A stretch of 62,467 nucleotides of DNA. It comes from an uncultured Candidatus Saccharibacteria bacterium. GTDB lineage: Bacteria > Patescibacteriota > Minisyncoccia > Phycocordibacterales > UBA2100. The stretch is taken from positions 1-62,467 of the forward strand of contig CAYNQE010000002.1 of the NCBI GenBank assembly GCA_964399345.1. Reading direction: 5' to 3'. Positions 51,561 through 59,095 of this stretch are shown here, one piece after another; the first letter of the stretch is position 1; each line of letters starts with the position of its first letter. The position numbers and the translations under genes are program-made. The notes below the pieces were generated by a model. It saw only the letters and a list, made by a program, of their open reading frames with translations. It made no database searches and was not told the DNA's origin.

Positions 51561-53696
51561 TTAGTTTCTTGCGGCTTGTATGTCGTCTGCGATATTACGT
51601 GGAACCACCGCATAGTGAGAGAATTCCATAGTCGCATTTGCGCGCCCTTCTGTCATAGATCGTAGCGTAGTGGTATATCCAAACATCTCAGAAAGCGGAA
51701 CTTTAGCAGTAACTACCTTTGCATTACCTCGATCGTCCATTCCCTCAACTTGTCCACGCATTGAACTTAAGTTTCCGTTAACATCTCCCATAAACTGCTC
51801 AGGGGTTGTTACTTCTACCTTCATAACAGGCTCAAGAAGCACAGGTTGTGCACCTTTAGCTGCTTGCTGGAAAGCTTGAGATGCTGCAATCTTGAAAGCA
51901 ATTTCTGAGGAGTCAACATCGTGGAAAGAACCGTCGAATAGGTCAACTGAAATGTCTGCCATTGCGTATCCGGCAACAATTCCTCGCTCCATAGCCTCCT
52001 TAATACCCTTCTTAATTGCAGGAATGTATTCTGCTGGGATAATTCCACCCTTAATGTTGTTAATAAACTCAAAGTGATCTTCTCTATCAGTATTTTTTGC
52101 AATTTTTGCTCCCTCTTCAATTTCTTCAAGAGGTTTAATTCTAATTTTAACGTGTCCGTATTGTCCACGACCACCAGTTTGTTTGATGTATTTAACTTCA
52201 GCAGAATTTTCTCCTTGGATAGTCTCTCGGTAGGCAACTTGTGGCTTACCTAGCTCTGCTTCAACATTAAATTCTCTCTTCATACGGTCAACTAGAATTT
52301 CAAGGTGAAGTTCTCCCATTCCTGAGATAATAGTTTCAAGAGTTTCCGGGTCGGAAGAAACTTTAAAGGTAGGGTCTTCGTCTGAAAGTTTGTTTAGTGC
52401 AATACCCATCTTTTCTTGGTCTTGCTTAGTCTTAGGTTCAATTCGTGCGGCAACAACAGGCTCAGGGAATGTCATTTCCTCAAGAATTATAGGGTTCTCT
52501 TCGTCACAAAGTGTGTGACTAGTCTTTGTCTCCTTTAATCCTACGGCTGCTGCAATTTCTCCGGTGTAAACTTCTTCAACTTCCTCTCGCTTATCAGCTT
52601 GAAGACGAACAATACGTCCGATTCGTTCTTTTTTCTTTGTTGTTGCGTTATACACGTACGATCCAGCCTTAACAACTCCTGAATATACTCGGAAGAATGT
52701 AAGCTGTCCTACAAATGGGTCGGTTTGAAGTTTAAAGGCAAGGGATGCTAGAGGCTCATCATCTGATGGTGCTCTTTCAATCTCCTCTTCTGTCTTAGGA
52801 TCAATTCCTTTAACTGAAGGAAGGTCAAGCGGACTTGGAAGGAAGTCTACAACACCGTCTAGTACTAATTGAACTCCTTTGTTCTTTAGTGCTGAACCAC
52901 AGTAGACAAGAAATACATCGTTTGCGATAACCGCCTTACGTAGCAGTACCTTAAGTTCATCATATGATGGTTCGTTTCCTTCAAGATATGCATTCATAGC
53001 ATCCTCATCTTGTTCAACAATCTTTTCTACAAGCTCGTCGTGATATTTCTTGGCGTCTTCCTTAAGATTTTCTGGAATTTCTCCCTCGATTACATTCATT
53101 CCCATTTCACCATCAAATGTGTAGGCCTTCATCTTTAAAAGATCTACCGCTCCTTCATGATTTTCCTCCTCTCCAATTGGGATTTGGAAACGAATAGCTT
53201 TGTCAGACAGTCGCTCTACAATACTTGCGTATGATCGCTCAAATGACGCTCCTGTTCGGTCTAGCTTGTTTATAAAACAGATGCGCGCAACGTTTGCCTC
53301 TTCAGCGTAGCGCCAGTTTGTTTCTGATTGTGGTTCAACTCCGGCTACGGCGTCAAAAACTACAACAGCACCATCAAGCACTCTCATAGATCGCTTAACT
53401 TCGGCTGTGAAGTCGATGTGTCCTGGTGTATCAATAATGTTTAGAGGGTATTTGTCTTCCCCTTCTGAGTAAGTAGGTTGCCAATCACACGAAATAGCAG
53501 CGGCCGTAATTGTAATACCACGTTCTCTTTCTTGCTCCATCCAGTCAGTAACAGTCTCACCATCGTGAACTTCTCCAATCTTGTGACTCATTCCAGTATA
53601 AAAAAGAACACGTTCGCTGGTTGTTGTTTTACCAGCGTCGACGTGTGCTACGATTCCGAAATTTCGGAGTTTTTCTAGTGGATAGTTACGAGCCAT
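51561..53696 (-). CDS. fusA: Elongation factor G
   Basis: 711 aa. NFGIVAHVDAGKTTTSERVL, DTPGHIDF, NKLDR, and domains III-V present. Confidence 0.97.
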   Translation of the reverse strand: MARNYPLEKLRNFGIVAHVDAGKTTTSERVLFYTGMSHKIGEVHDGETVTDWMEQERERGITITAAAISCDWQPTYSEGEDKYPLNIIDTPGHIDFTAEVKRSMRVLDGAVVVFDAVAGVEPQSETNWRYAEEANVARICFINKLDRTGASFERSYASIVERLSDKAIRFQIPIGEEENHEGAVDLLKMKAYTFDGEMGMNVIEGEIPENLKEDAKKYHDELVEKIVEQDEDAMNAYLEGNEPSYDELKVLLRKAVIANDVFLVYCGSALKNKGVQLVLDGVVDFLPSPLDLPSVKGIDPKTEEEIERAPSDDEPLASLAFKLQTDPFVGQLTFFRVYSGVVKAGSYVYNATTKKKERIGRIVRLQADKREEVEEVYTGEIAAAVGLKETKTSHTLCDEENPIILEEMTFPEPVVAARIEPKTKQDQEKMGIALNKLSDEDPTFKVSSDPETLETIISGMGELHLEILVDRMKREFNVEAELGKPQVAYRETIQGENSAEVKYIKQTGGRGQYGHVKIRIKPLEEIEEGAKIAKNTDREDHFEFINNIKGGIIPAEYIPAIKKGIKEAMERGIVAGYAMADISVDLFDGSFHDVDSSEIAFKIAASQAFQQAAKGAQPVLLEPVMKVEVTTPEQFMGDVNGNLSSMRGQVEGMDDRGNAKVVTAKVPLSEMFGYTTTLRSMTEGRANATMEFSHYAVVPRNIADDIQAARN

Positions 53697-53794
53697 AATA
53701 ATTTTTTAAAATAAAAACGCCACGACATGTGAGCGTGGCATTAGAGTATCCCAAAATGGGAAAAGTGCAAGGAAACTATCATGATATTATGTAA

Positions 53795-54407
53795 ATGATG
53801 GACAATCCAACAATATATTGTGAGTGGTTAAGTGGAGCGATTCATCAACCAATTAATACTATTTCCAGTATTGTATTTTTAATTGTCGCAGTACTTCTGT
53901 ACAGATTAATAAGGAAAACAGGAACTCAAGATTGGCTGTTAAAACTATTACCATACTCTATTGCACTAATCGGATTGAGTAGTGCTTTTTGGCACTATAG
54001 CGTTAGGTGATGTATTAGATACAGTTTCAATTGGGATATTTGCTCTTTTAATCAGTTTAATACTGGCGCAAAAGTTGTTTACTAGAATTTCTTATCAAGT
54101 TGTTTCAATACTGGGGATATTCTCTATAGCATTTTTACTAGAGCAACTACCGTATTTAAACGGTTCTCTCGTATATCTTTTCTTGTTTATCACCTTAGGT
54201 TTGATTTTGTATTTGCTGTCACATAAAACTTCTGTAGCAACAATTATTATGTGCTTACTGTTTTTGGGTTTGTTAGCACGAATTCTTGATATCCAAGCTT
54301 GTAATACACTAGTAATCGGAACGCATTTTATTTGGCATATTGCTGTTGCTCTGGCAGTGTTTTTTATAGTCAAGATTGTTATTCAATCTCCACGTACAAT
54401 GCATTGA
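53795..54407 (+). pseudogene. Seven-TM CREST-superfamily (ceramidase/PAQR-like) membrane hydrolase gene split by a frameshift
   Basis: ORF 53795-54010 carries the SxxxH motif (SAFWH). The overlapping ORF 53982-54407, in another frame, carries the TM3 Asp (GDVLD) and the HxxxH motif (HFIWH). The frames must be joined between 53996 and 54008. Confidence 0.5.
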
Positions 54408-54432
54408 CACCGATTTGTACAAAATGTACAAT
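54404..54432 (+). promoter_or_regulatory. Consensus sigma-70 promoter of the Phd/MazF module, with a leaderless start
   Basis: TTGACA (54404-54409), 17-nt spacer, TACAAT (54427-54432), then 6 nt to the ATG at 54439. Two TGTACA palindromes (54416-54421, 54425-54430) lie in the spacer. Confidence 0.7.
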
Positions 54433-54438
54433 ATCAAT

Positions 54439-54693
54439 ATGAAAACAATTTCAACAACAAATGCACGTAAATCACTCAGTACGATAGTAGATTCTGTTAA
54501 AACAACAGGCCGATCTGTTGCTATCGGAAGAAGAAACAAGCCAGAAGTTGTTATTTCCCCCTACCCTAATACTTATAATAAGGATGTAAGTGATGCAGTT
54601 AACCTTGCAGCAGCGTCTGGAACATTCGACTTTCTTTACGACGAACCCGATCTATATAGTGAAAAAGACATCAAATGGCGTTATGAAGCATAA
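54439..54693 (+). CDS. Phd/YefM-family antitoxin
   Basis: 84 aa. MKTISTTNARKSLSTIVDSVKTTGRSVAIGRRNKPEVVISPY is the typical Phd/YefM N-terminal fold pattern. Confidence 0.75.
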   Translation: MKTISTTNARKSLSTIVDSVKTTGRSVAIGRRNKPEVVISPYPNTYNKDVSDAVNLAAASGTFDFLYDEPDLYSEKDIKWRYEA

Positions 54694-55006
54694 AAAGGGA
54701 GATCTTATATTAGTGGACTTTCCATTTACAGATTTCTCGGGAGAAAAGCGTAGACCAGCTCTTATTATAGGAGTGTCTGGGGATCACGTAGTTATTGCTT
54801 TTATAACTACCAGACGAATAGATAACTCGCATTGGTTTTTATCAATTGAACCAACGCCGAAAAACGGCTTACTAGCTAAATCTTTCGTGCGTTGTGACAA
54901 AATCCTATCGCTTGATATAAAACTTGCACAAAATGCACTAGGAAACACTTCTAAGACTATTACCGACAAAGTAGACGTTAAAATACGGAAGCTTCTTAAA
55001 ATATAG
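54683..55006 (+). CDS. MazF/PemK-family toxin endoribonuclease
   Basis: 107 aa. KKGDLILVDFPFTDFSGEKRRPALII...SFVRCDKILSLD is the typical PemK pattern. It overlaps the antitoxin gene by 11 nt. Confidence 0.78.
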   Translation: MKHKKGDLILVDFPFTDFSGEKRRPALIIGVSGDHVVIAFITTRRIDNSHWFLSIEPTPKNGLLAKSFVRCDKILSLDIKLAQNALGNTSKTITDKVDVKIRKLLKI

Positions 55007-55008
55007 GG

Positions 55009-55473
55009 TTACCACGCAAAGTGTGCAAAAGCCTTGTTGGCTTCAGCCATCTTGTGAGTGTTAACTTTCTTTGTAAATGCTTCTCCTTCTTCAACAGATG
55101 CCTTCTTTATCTCTTCTGCTAGTCGTTTATACATTTCATTTCCTTTTCCTGACTTGGCTGATGCTACGATCCATCGTAGTGCAAGAGAAAGACGTCGCTC
55201 TGGACGAACTTCTCGCGGAACCTGGTAGTTAGCACCACCAACACGTCGTGAGCGTACTTCCATTAAAGGAGCTACGTTTTTAATAGCTGTTTCAAATATA
55301 ACAAGAGGATCGTCTCCCTTTGCCTTTAGTTCGTCAAAGGCACTGTAAACAATCTTTCGTGCAGTATCCTTCTTTCCTCGCTCCATTATGTAGTTAATAA
55401 GCTTGGTTACTTTAACAGACCCATATACTGAGTCTTCTACAATGTTGTGCTTTTTCTTAAGTGGTCGTCTCAT
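55009..55473 (-). CDS. rpsG: 30S ribosomal protein S7
   Basis: PLMEVRSRRVGGANYQVPREVRPERR, C-terminal AFAHFAW. Confidence 0.96.
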   Translation of the reverse strand: MRRPLKKKHNIVEDSVYGSVKVTKLINYIMERGKKDTARKIVYSAFDELKAKGDDPLVIFETAIKNVAPLMEVRSRRVGGANYQVPREVRPERRLSLALRWIVASAKSGKGNEMYKRLAEEIKKASVEEGEAFTKKVNTHKMAEANKAFAHFAW

Positions 55474-55478
55474 ATATA

Positions 55479-55892
55479 TTATTCTGCTTTAGGCTTAGGG
55501 TTTCCGTATTTAGATCGTGCGCTTCGTCGTGCACCAACTCCTTCGGCATCTAGTCGTCCTCGAACAACTGTGTATCGAACACCAATGTCTTTTACTCGCC
55601 CACCTCTGATCATTACAACTGAGTGTTCTTGTAGGTTGTGTCCCATTCCTGGAATGTAGGCTGTAACTTCCATTCCGTTTGTAAGTCGAACACGTGCAAT
55701 CTTACGAATAGCTGAGTTAGGCTTACGTGGAGTCTTTGTAGTTACCTTTACACATACTCCTCTCTTGAATGGAGACGGGTACTTAGACGGCTTGTTCTTC
55801 AAACTATTAAAACCACGACGAAGTGCCACCGTCTTGCTTGTTTTAGCGATGTTTTTTCGTCCTTTTTTTACTAGTTGATTTATTGTTGCCAT
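55479..55892 (-). CDS. rpsL: 30S ribosomal protein S12
   Basis: [13 protein letters not shown]...[19 protein letters not shown]. Confidence 0.97.
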   Translation of the reverse strand: MATINQLVKKGRKNIAKTSKTVALRRGFNSLKNKPSKYPSPFKRGVCVKVTTKTPRKPNSAIRKIARVRLTNGMEVTAYIPGMGHNLQEHSVVMIRGGRVKDIGVRYTVVRGRLDAEGVGARRSARSKYGNPKPKAE

Positions 55893-55925
55893 AATGCAAA
55901 AGCCGCCTCTCTGGGCAGTGGCAAA

Positions 55926-55954
55926 AATATACTACGGTGCGGAGATAAAAGCAA
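55926..55954 (-). promoter_or_regulatory. Sigma-70-like promoter upstream of rpsL
   Basis: Minus strand reads TTGCTT (55949-55954), 17-nt spacer, TATATT (55926-55931). Confidence 0.5.
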
Positions 55955-55957
55955 CAG

Positions 55958-56917
55958 CTATGCTGCCCTTTTTATAGGACTATTCGCTGGAACTTTTTCA
56001 ATAGCTCTACGAAGTTCTTCCTTATCCAATATCCTACCTACCTGCTCTGAAACTTCTGGATCATTTATAAGATTCTTTATATCCATAATGTATCCTCTCT
56101 CCATTGTGTCATTCAAAACCTCTACTTTCTCATTTTCTGGAACAGGCTTATCCTCTAACGAAGGTACCAGATCCTTTTTCTCTACAACCAAAGGCTCTAA
56201 TGGTTTTATTGATCCTGCAACTCCATCAAACTGCCTAGCCTTCGGAACCATTGGTGCATCTTTTTGCATCTGCACAAGCCCTTTGTGGTACTCCTTGTCA
56301 GTAATCAAACCTTCTGCCTTCTTTCTCCTCTCCTCTTTAGCTCTTGGGTCCGTATCTAAAATAATATTCTGAGACATTTCTTCTTTTGGTAAATCTTCTT
56401 CTACTGCATCCACTACGTCTTCGATAATATCCATTGCGGAATCATCTTTTGTGGCCGCTGCCATTTTTATCCTTTCATCTAAAGAAGTCCCCTCCCTAAC
56501 ATTTGCCTTGATTTCAGGAGCTTTATTCAAATTTGCTGGAATAATTTCAGCTGGTATCTCTTGAGGTTCTGCAAAAATATCCTCAGAAACCTTTGGTTCC
56601 TCTTTAGCCTTACTCATACTAAGAGCGTTTGGGGTATTCTCATCCACAGGAACCTCCTCTCTATATTTATCAAGCGTTGGCATAGATTGCTCAACTATTT
56701 GTGTAGGAGCTTCTTTCATTTTTGGCTCAGGCGTCGATTCTGCCATTGGAGCAGAGTTAGCAACCGGAGTATCATCCGTCATGCTAGCCATTGCAGCCTC
56801 AACTGGATCCACTTCTGCAGCTCTTCCTTTTATACGTGCTTCGACGTCTGCTAATCTGCCGACAGCTTTGTCCATTCCAGTTTCCTTTTTTGGTTTTCTT
56901 TTTAAAAATTCCAACAT
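55958..56917 (-). CDS. Acidic, low-complexity protein of unknown function
   Basis: 319 aa, rich in E/D/P/K, with no TM helix and no recognisable motif. Follows the M50 protease gene after a 3-nt gap. Confidence 0.5.
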   Translation of the reverse strand: MLEFLKRKPKKETGMDKAVGRLADVEARIKGRAAEVDPVEAAMASMTDDTPVANSAPMAESTPEPKMKEAPTQIVEQSMPTLDKYREEVPVDENTPNALSMSKAKEEPKVSEDIFAEPQEIPAEIIPANLNKAPEIKANVREGTSLDERIKMAAATKDDSAMDIIEDVVDAVEEDLPKEEMSQNIILDTDPRAKEERRKKAEGLITDKEYHKGLVQMQKDAPMVPKARQFDGVAGSIKPLEPLVVEKKDLVPSLEDKPVPENEKVEVLNDTMERGYIMDIKNLINDPEVSEQVGRILDKEELRRAIEKVPANSPIKRAA

Positions 56918-56920
56918 ACT

Positions 56921-57547
56921 TTAAGCACCCACGATTAAATGAGTAAGGTAGGAAATGAATGAAAAGAAGTACGGACCGAAAATCATTAGCGTTAGGATTA
57001 TAATCCCGAACCCTAAGAAAATATTATGCTCCAACAAACCACGCAGCTGATCATATTTAAGTGCTAAGTTTCTAGGTAATATTTGTGAGAATATTTTCGA
57101 TCCATCAAGAGGTGGAATTGGGATAAGATTAAATACTGCAAGAAGTACGTTTAAAAATACAATTGAAACGGCGAGCCCTGATGCATTTTCTGGAATTATT
57201 CCCATCTGTAAAAGAAGTCCAAAAACCAATGCTATTAATATGTTTGATGCGGGTCCTGCTATTGCTACTATAGACTCCCCCCATATTCCTCCCTTCCTTA
57301 AGTTGTATGGATTGTACGGAACTGGCTTTGCCCATCCAAATAGAAACGGTGAGCCTGAAATAGCTAAAATCGCTGGCAAAATGACTGAGCCCATGGGATC
57401 AACGTGACTTATTGGATTTAGTGTTAATCTTCCTGCCAGTTTTGCAGTTGGATCCCCCAGCCAATTAGCAGCAAAGCCATGAGAAACCTCATGGATAACG
57501 ACTGATACTACTAATATTGCGATAAGAAAAATAATGTCTACGCCCAT
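56921..57547 (-). CDS. Site-2 protease family (peptidase M50) membrane metalloprotease
   Basis: 208 aa. HEVSHG (HExxH) in TM1 and a later NLIPIPPLDG motif. Confidence 0.85.
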   Translation of the reverse strand: MGVDIIFLIAILVVSVVIHEVSHGFAANWLGDPTAKLAGRLTLNPISHVDPMGSVILPAILAISGSPFLFGWAKPVPYNPYNLRKGGIWGESIVAIAGPASNILIALVFGLLLQMGIIPENASGLAVSIVFLNVLLAVFNLIPIPPLDGSKIFSQILPRNLALKYDQLRGLLEHNIFLGFGIIILTLMIFGPYFFSFISYLTHLIVGA

Positions 57548-57634
57548 AAGGTTTAGATTTAAAAATTAAGGTTAATTTCCACTAAGACAATTATATTGCC
57601 TTCCCTAATCATTAATGTTAGCATGCCCCACTAT

Positions 57635-57877
57635 ATGGCAAAGGAATGCATGGTGACAGGAAAAAAATCTCAAGTAGGAGGACGCTACAGTAACCGTACG
57701 CGTGCTACGGAATTTAACAGTGGAGGAAAGAAAAGGAGGTTTGTTAACCTACAAAAGAAAACTCTATACATTCCTGAACTTGCAAAAAGCATAACTATTA
57801 AAGTTTCAACAAAAGCTCTTAAAACTATCAACAAGAACGGAGCATACAAGACACTCAAGAAGACAGGAATGATTTAA
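57635..57877 (+). CDS. rpmB: 50S ribosomal protein L28
   Basis: MAKECMVTGKKSQVGGRYSNRTRATEF...VSTKALKTINK. Start set at M14 of the track ORF. Confidence 0.9.
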   Translation: MAKECMVTGKKSQVGGRYSNRTRATEFNSGGKKRRFVNLQKKTLYIPELAKSITIKVSTKALKTINKNGAYKTLKKTGMI

Positions 57878-57887
57878 AGGCAAGGGG

Positions 57888-57916
57888 AAAGGCCAAGCAT
57901 TGCTGCTTGGCCTTTT
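57888..57916. terminator. Rho-independent terminator after rpmB
   Basis: AAAGGCCAAGCA-TTGC-TGCTTGGCCTTTT. Confidence 0.8.
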
Positions 57917-57923
57917 CTATTTG

Positions 57924-58151
57924 CTACCCGTCCTTCAGATCTTTTTGCAGAATCTGGAAAACGGCTGTTCTCGCGCCACGATATTGTGGGCGAGGAGTAT
58001 CCTTATTTGGTACAAGTACCAAAATTGCCGGACGGGGCTTGGGACGGATCTTTGAAAGATCCGATGTGCCTAGTGAAGTGGCAAAAACGGCCACACCAAA
58101 TGCAAGGCAAGACAAGCTTGCCACGATACCCAGTGAAAAAAGTGCTCTCAT
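57924..58151 (-). CDS. Small secreted orphan protein (75 aa)
   Basis: GAGGAG 7 nt upstream of the ATG at 58151. Signal peptide MRALFSLGIVASLSCLAFGVAVFA. Pro/Lys/Arg-rich mature part. Confidence 0.45.
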   Translation of the reverse strand: MRALFSLGIVASLSCLAFGVAVFATSLGTSDLSKIRPKPRPAILVLVPNKDTPRPQYRGARTAVFQILQKDLKDG

Positions 58152-58211
58152 TTCTCTTCTCCTCAATTTCCCGCTCCTTCATGGGCGAGTTGTACAGAAT
58201 ATGCTACCACT

Positions 58212-59057
58212 CTACCTGCCTCTTGTCAAGGTCTGCCCATCTGACTTGAATACCACACTTCCCTTCAGGCACGTATCTATAGTATCAACACCAAAGTCTT
58301 TAAATGTTTGAACGACTTCCTCACTTGGATGTCCGTAACTATTATCACACCCTCTTGAAAAGACTGTGTACTGGGGATCAGTAAATCCCACAAATAGAGC
58401 GTCACTTGAAGTCTTTGATCCGTGGTGGCCTGCTTTTAGAACATCCGCCTTTAATTCGTCCGGGTTAAGACTAATTAAATATTTCTCTATGTGTTTAGGA
58501 GAGTCTCCAGTTAAGAGAAAAGCATTCTCTCCATAGTTAACTTTTAAAATTATAGAGGCCGCATTACTCTCAAATTCTTCCACATCTCTATCAGGAAATA
58601 GGATTGAGATGTTCACTCCATCACCAAAATCATAGACCTGACCACGCCGAGCTAAAATTTCATTGGCGTTTTCTTTTTCTAATTCACGAAAAAGCGCTTT
58701 CATAACAGGAGTGTCGTGTAATACCCCTGGAGAAACGAAAGTCTCCACATTAAATCTCTTTAAGACCTCGACTAGCCCTGCTATATGGTCTGCATCTGGG
58801 TGTGTTGCGATCACAACATCTATTCTTCTGTCCCAAAAAGACATCGACTTGGATAACTCTTTTAAAACCGTGTTGTCTCTGCCGCCGTCGATAAGGATTT
58901 GTCTGCCTGAAGGGGTTTCAACCAATATTGAATCGCCCTGTCCTACATCTAGGAAGGTAACCGTTAAGTCATTAGAAGTGGCATTGATAACAGGAGTCCA
59001 TATTGTTATCACTACAAAAAGAAGTAGAAAAAGAAGTGTGTATGGTTTGCTTAACAT
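58212..59057 (-). CDS. Stand-alone ComEC-type MBL (beta-lactamase fold) domain protein with an N-terminal membrane anchor
   Basis: FLDVGQGDSILVETPSGRQILIDGG and ATHPDADHIAGL, then KAGHHGSKTSS. TATAGT lies 7 nt upstream of the ATG at 59057 (the track start at 59066 is a GTG). Confidence 0.8.
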   Translation of the reverse strand: MLSKPYTLLFLLLFVVITIWTPVINATSNDLTVTFLDVGQGDSILVETPSGRQILIDGGRDNTVLKELSKSMSFWDRRIDVVIATHPDADHIAGLVEVLKRFNVETFVSPGVLHDTPVMKALFRELEKENANEILARRGQVYDFGDGVNISILFPDRDVEEFESNAASIILKVNYGENAFLLTGDSPKHIEKYLISLNPDELKADVLKAGHHGSKTSSDALFVGFTDPQYTVFSRGCDNSYGHPSEEVVQTFKDFGVDTIDTCLKGSVVFKSDGQTLTRGR

Positions 59058-59095
59058 TTGGTACACTATATCAACTAATACAATAAAAAATATTT

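Noticed and set aside
57907-58311. 134-aa + strand ORF downstream of rpmB
   Set aside because: It starts inside the rpmB terminator and runs antisense to both a minus-strand ORF that has an SD and a signal peptide, and the 3' end of the ComEC-MBL gene. Its composition is Ser/Pro/Leu-rich and shadow-like.
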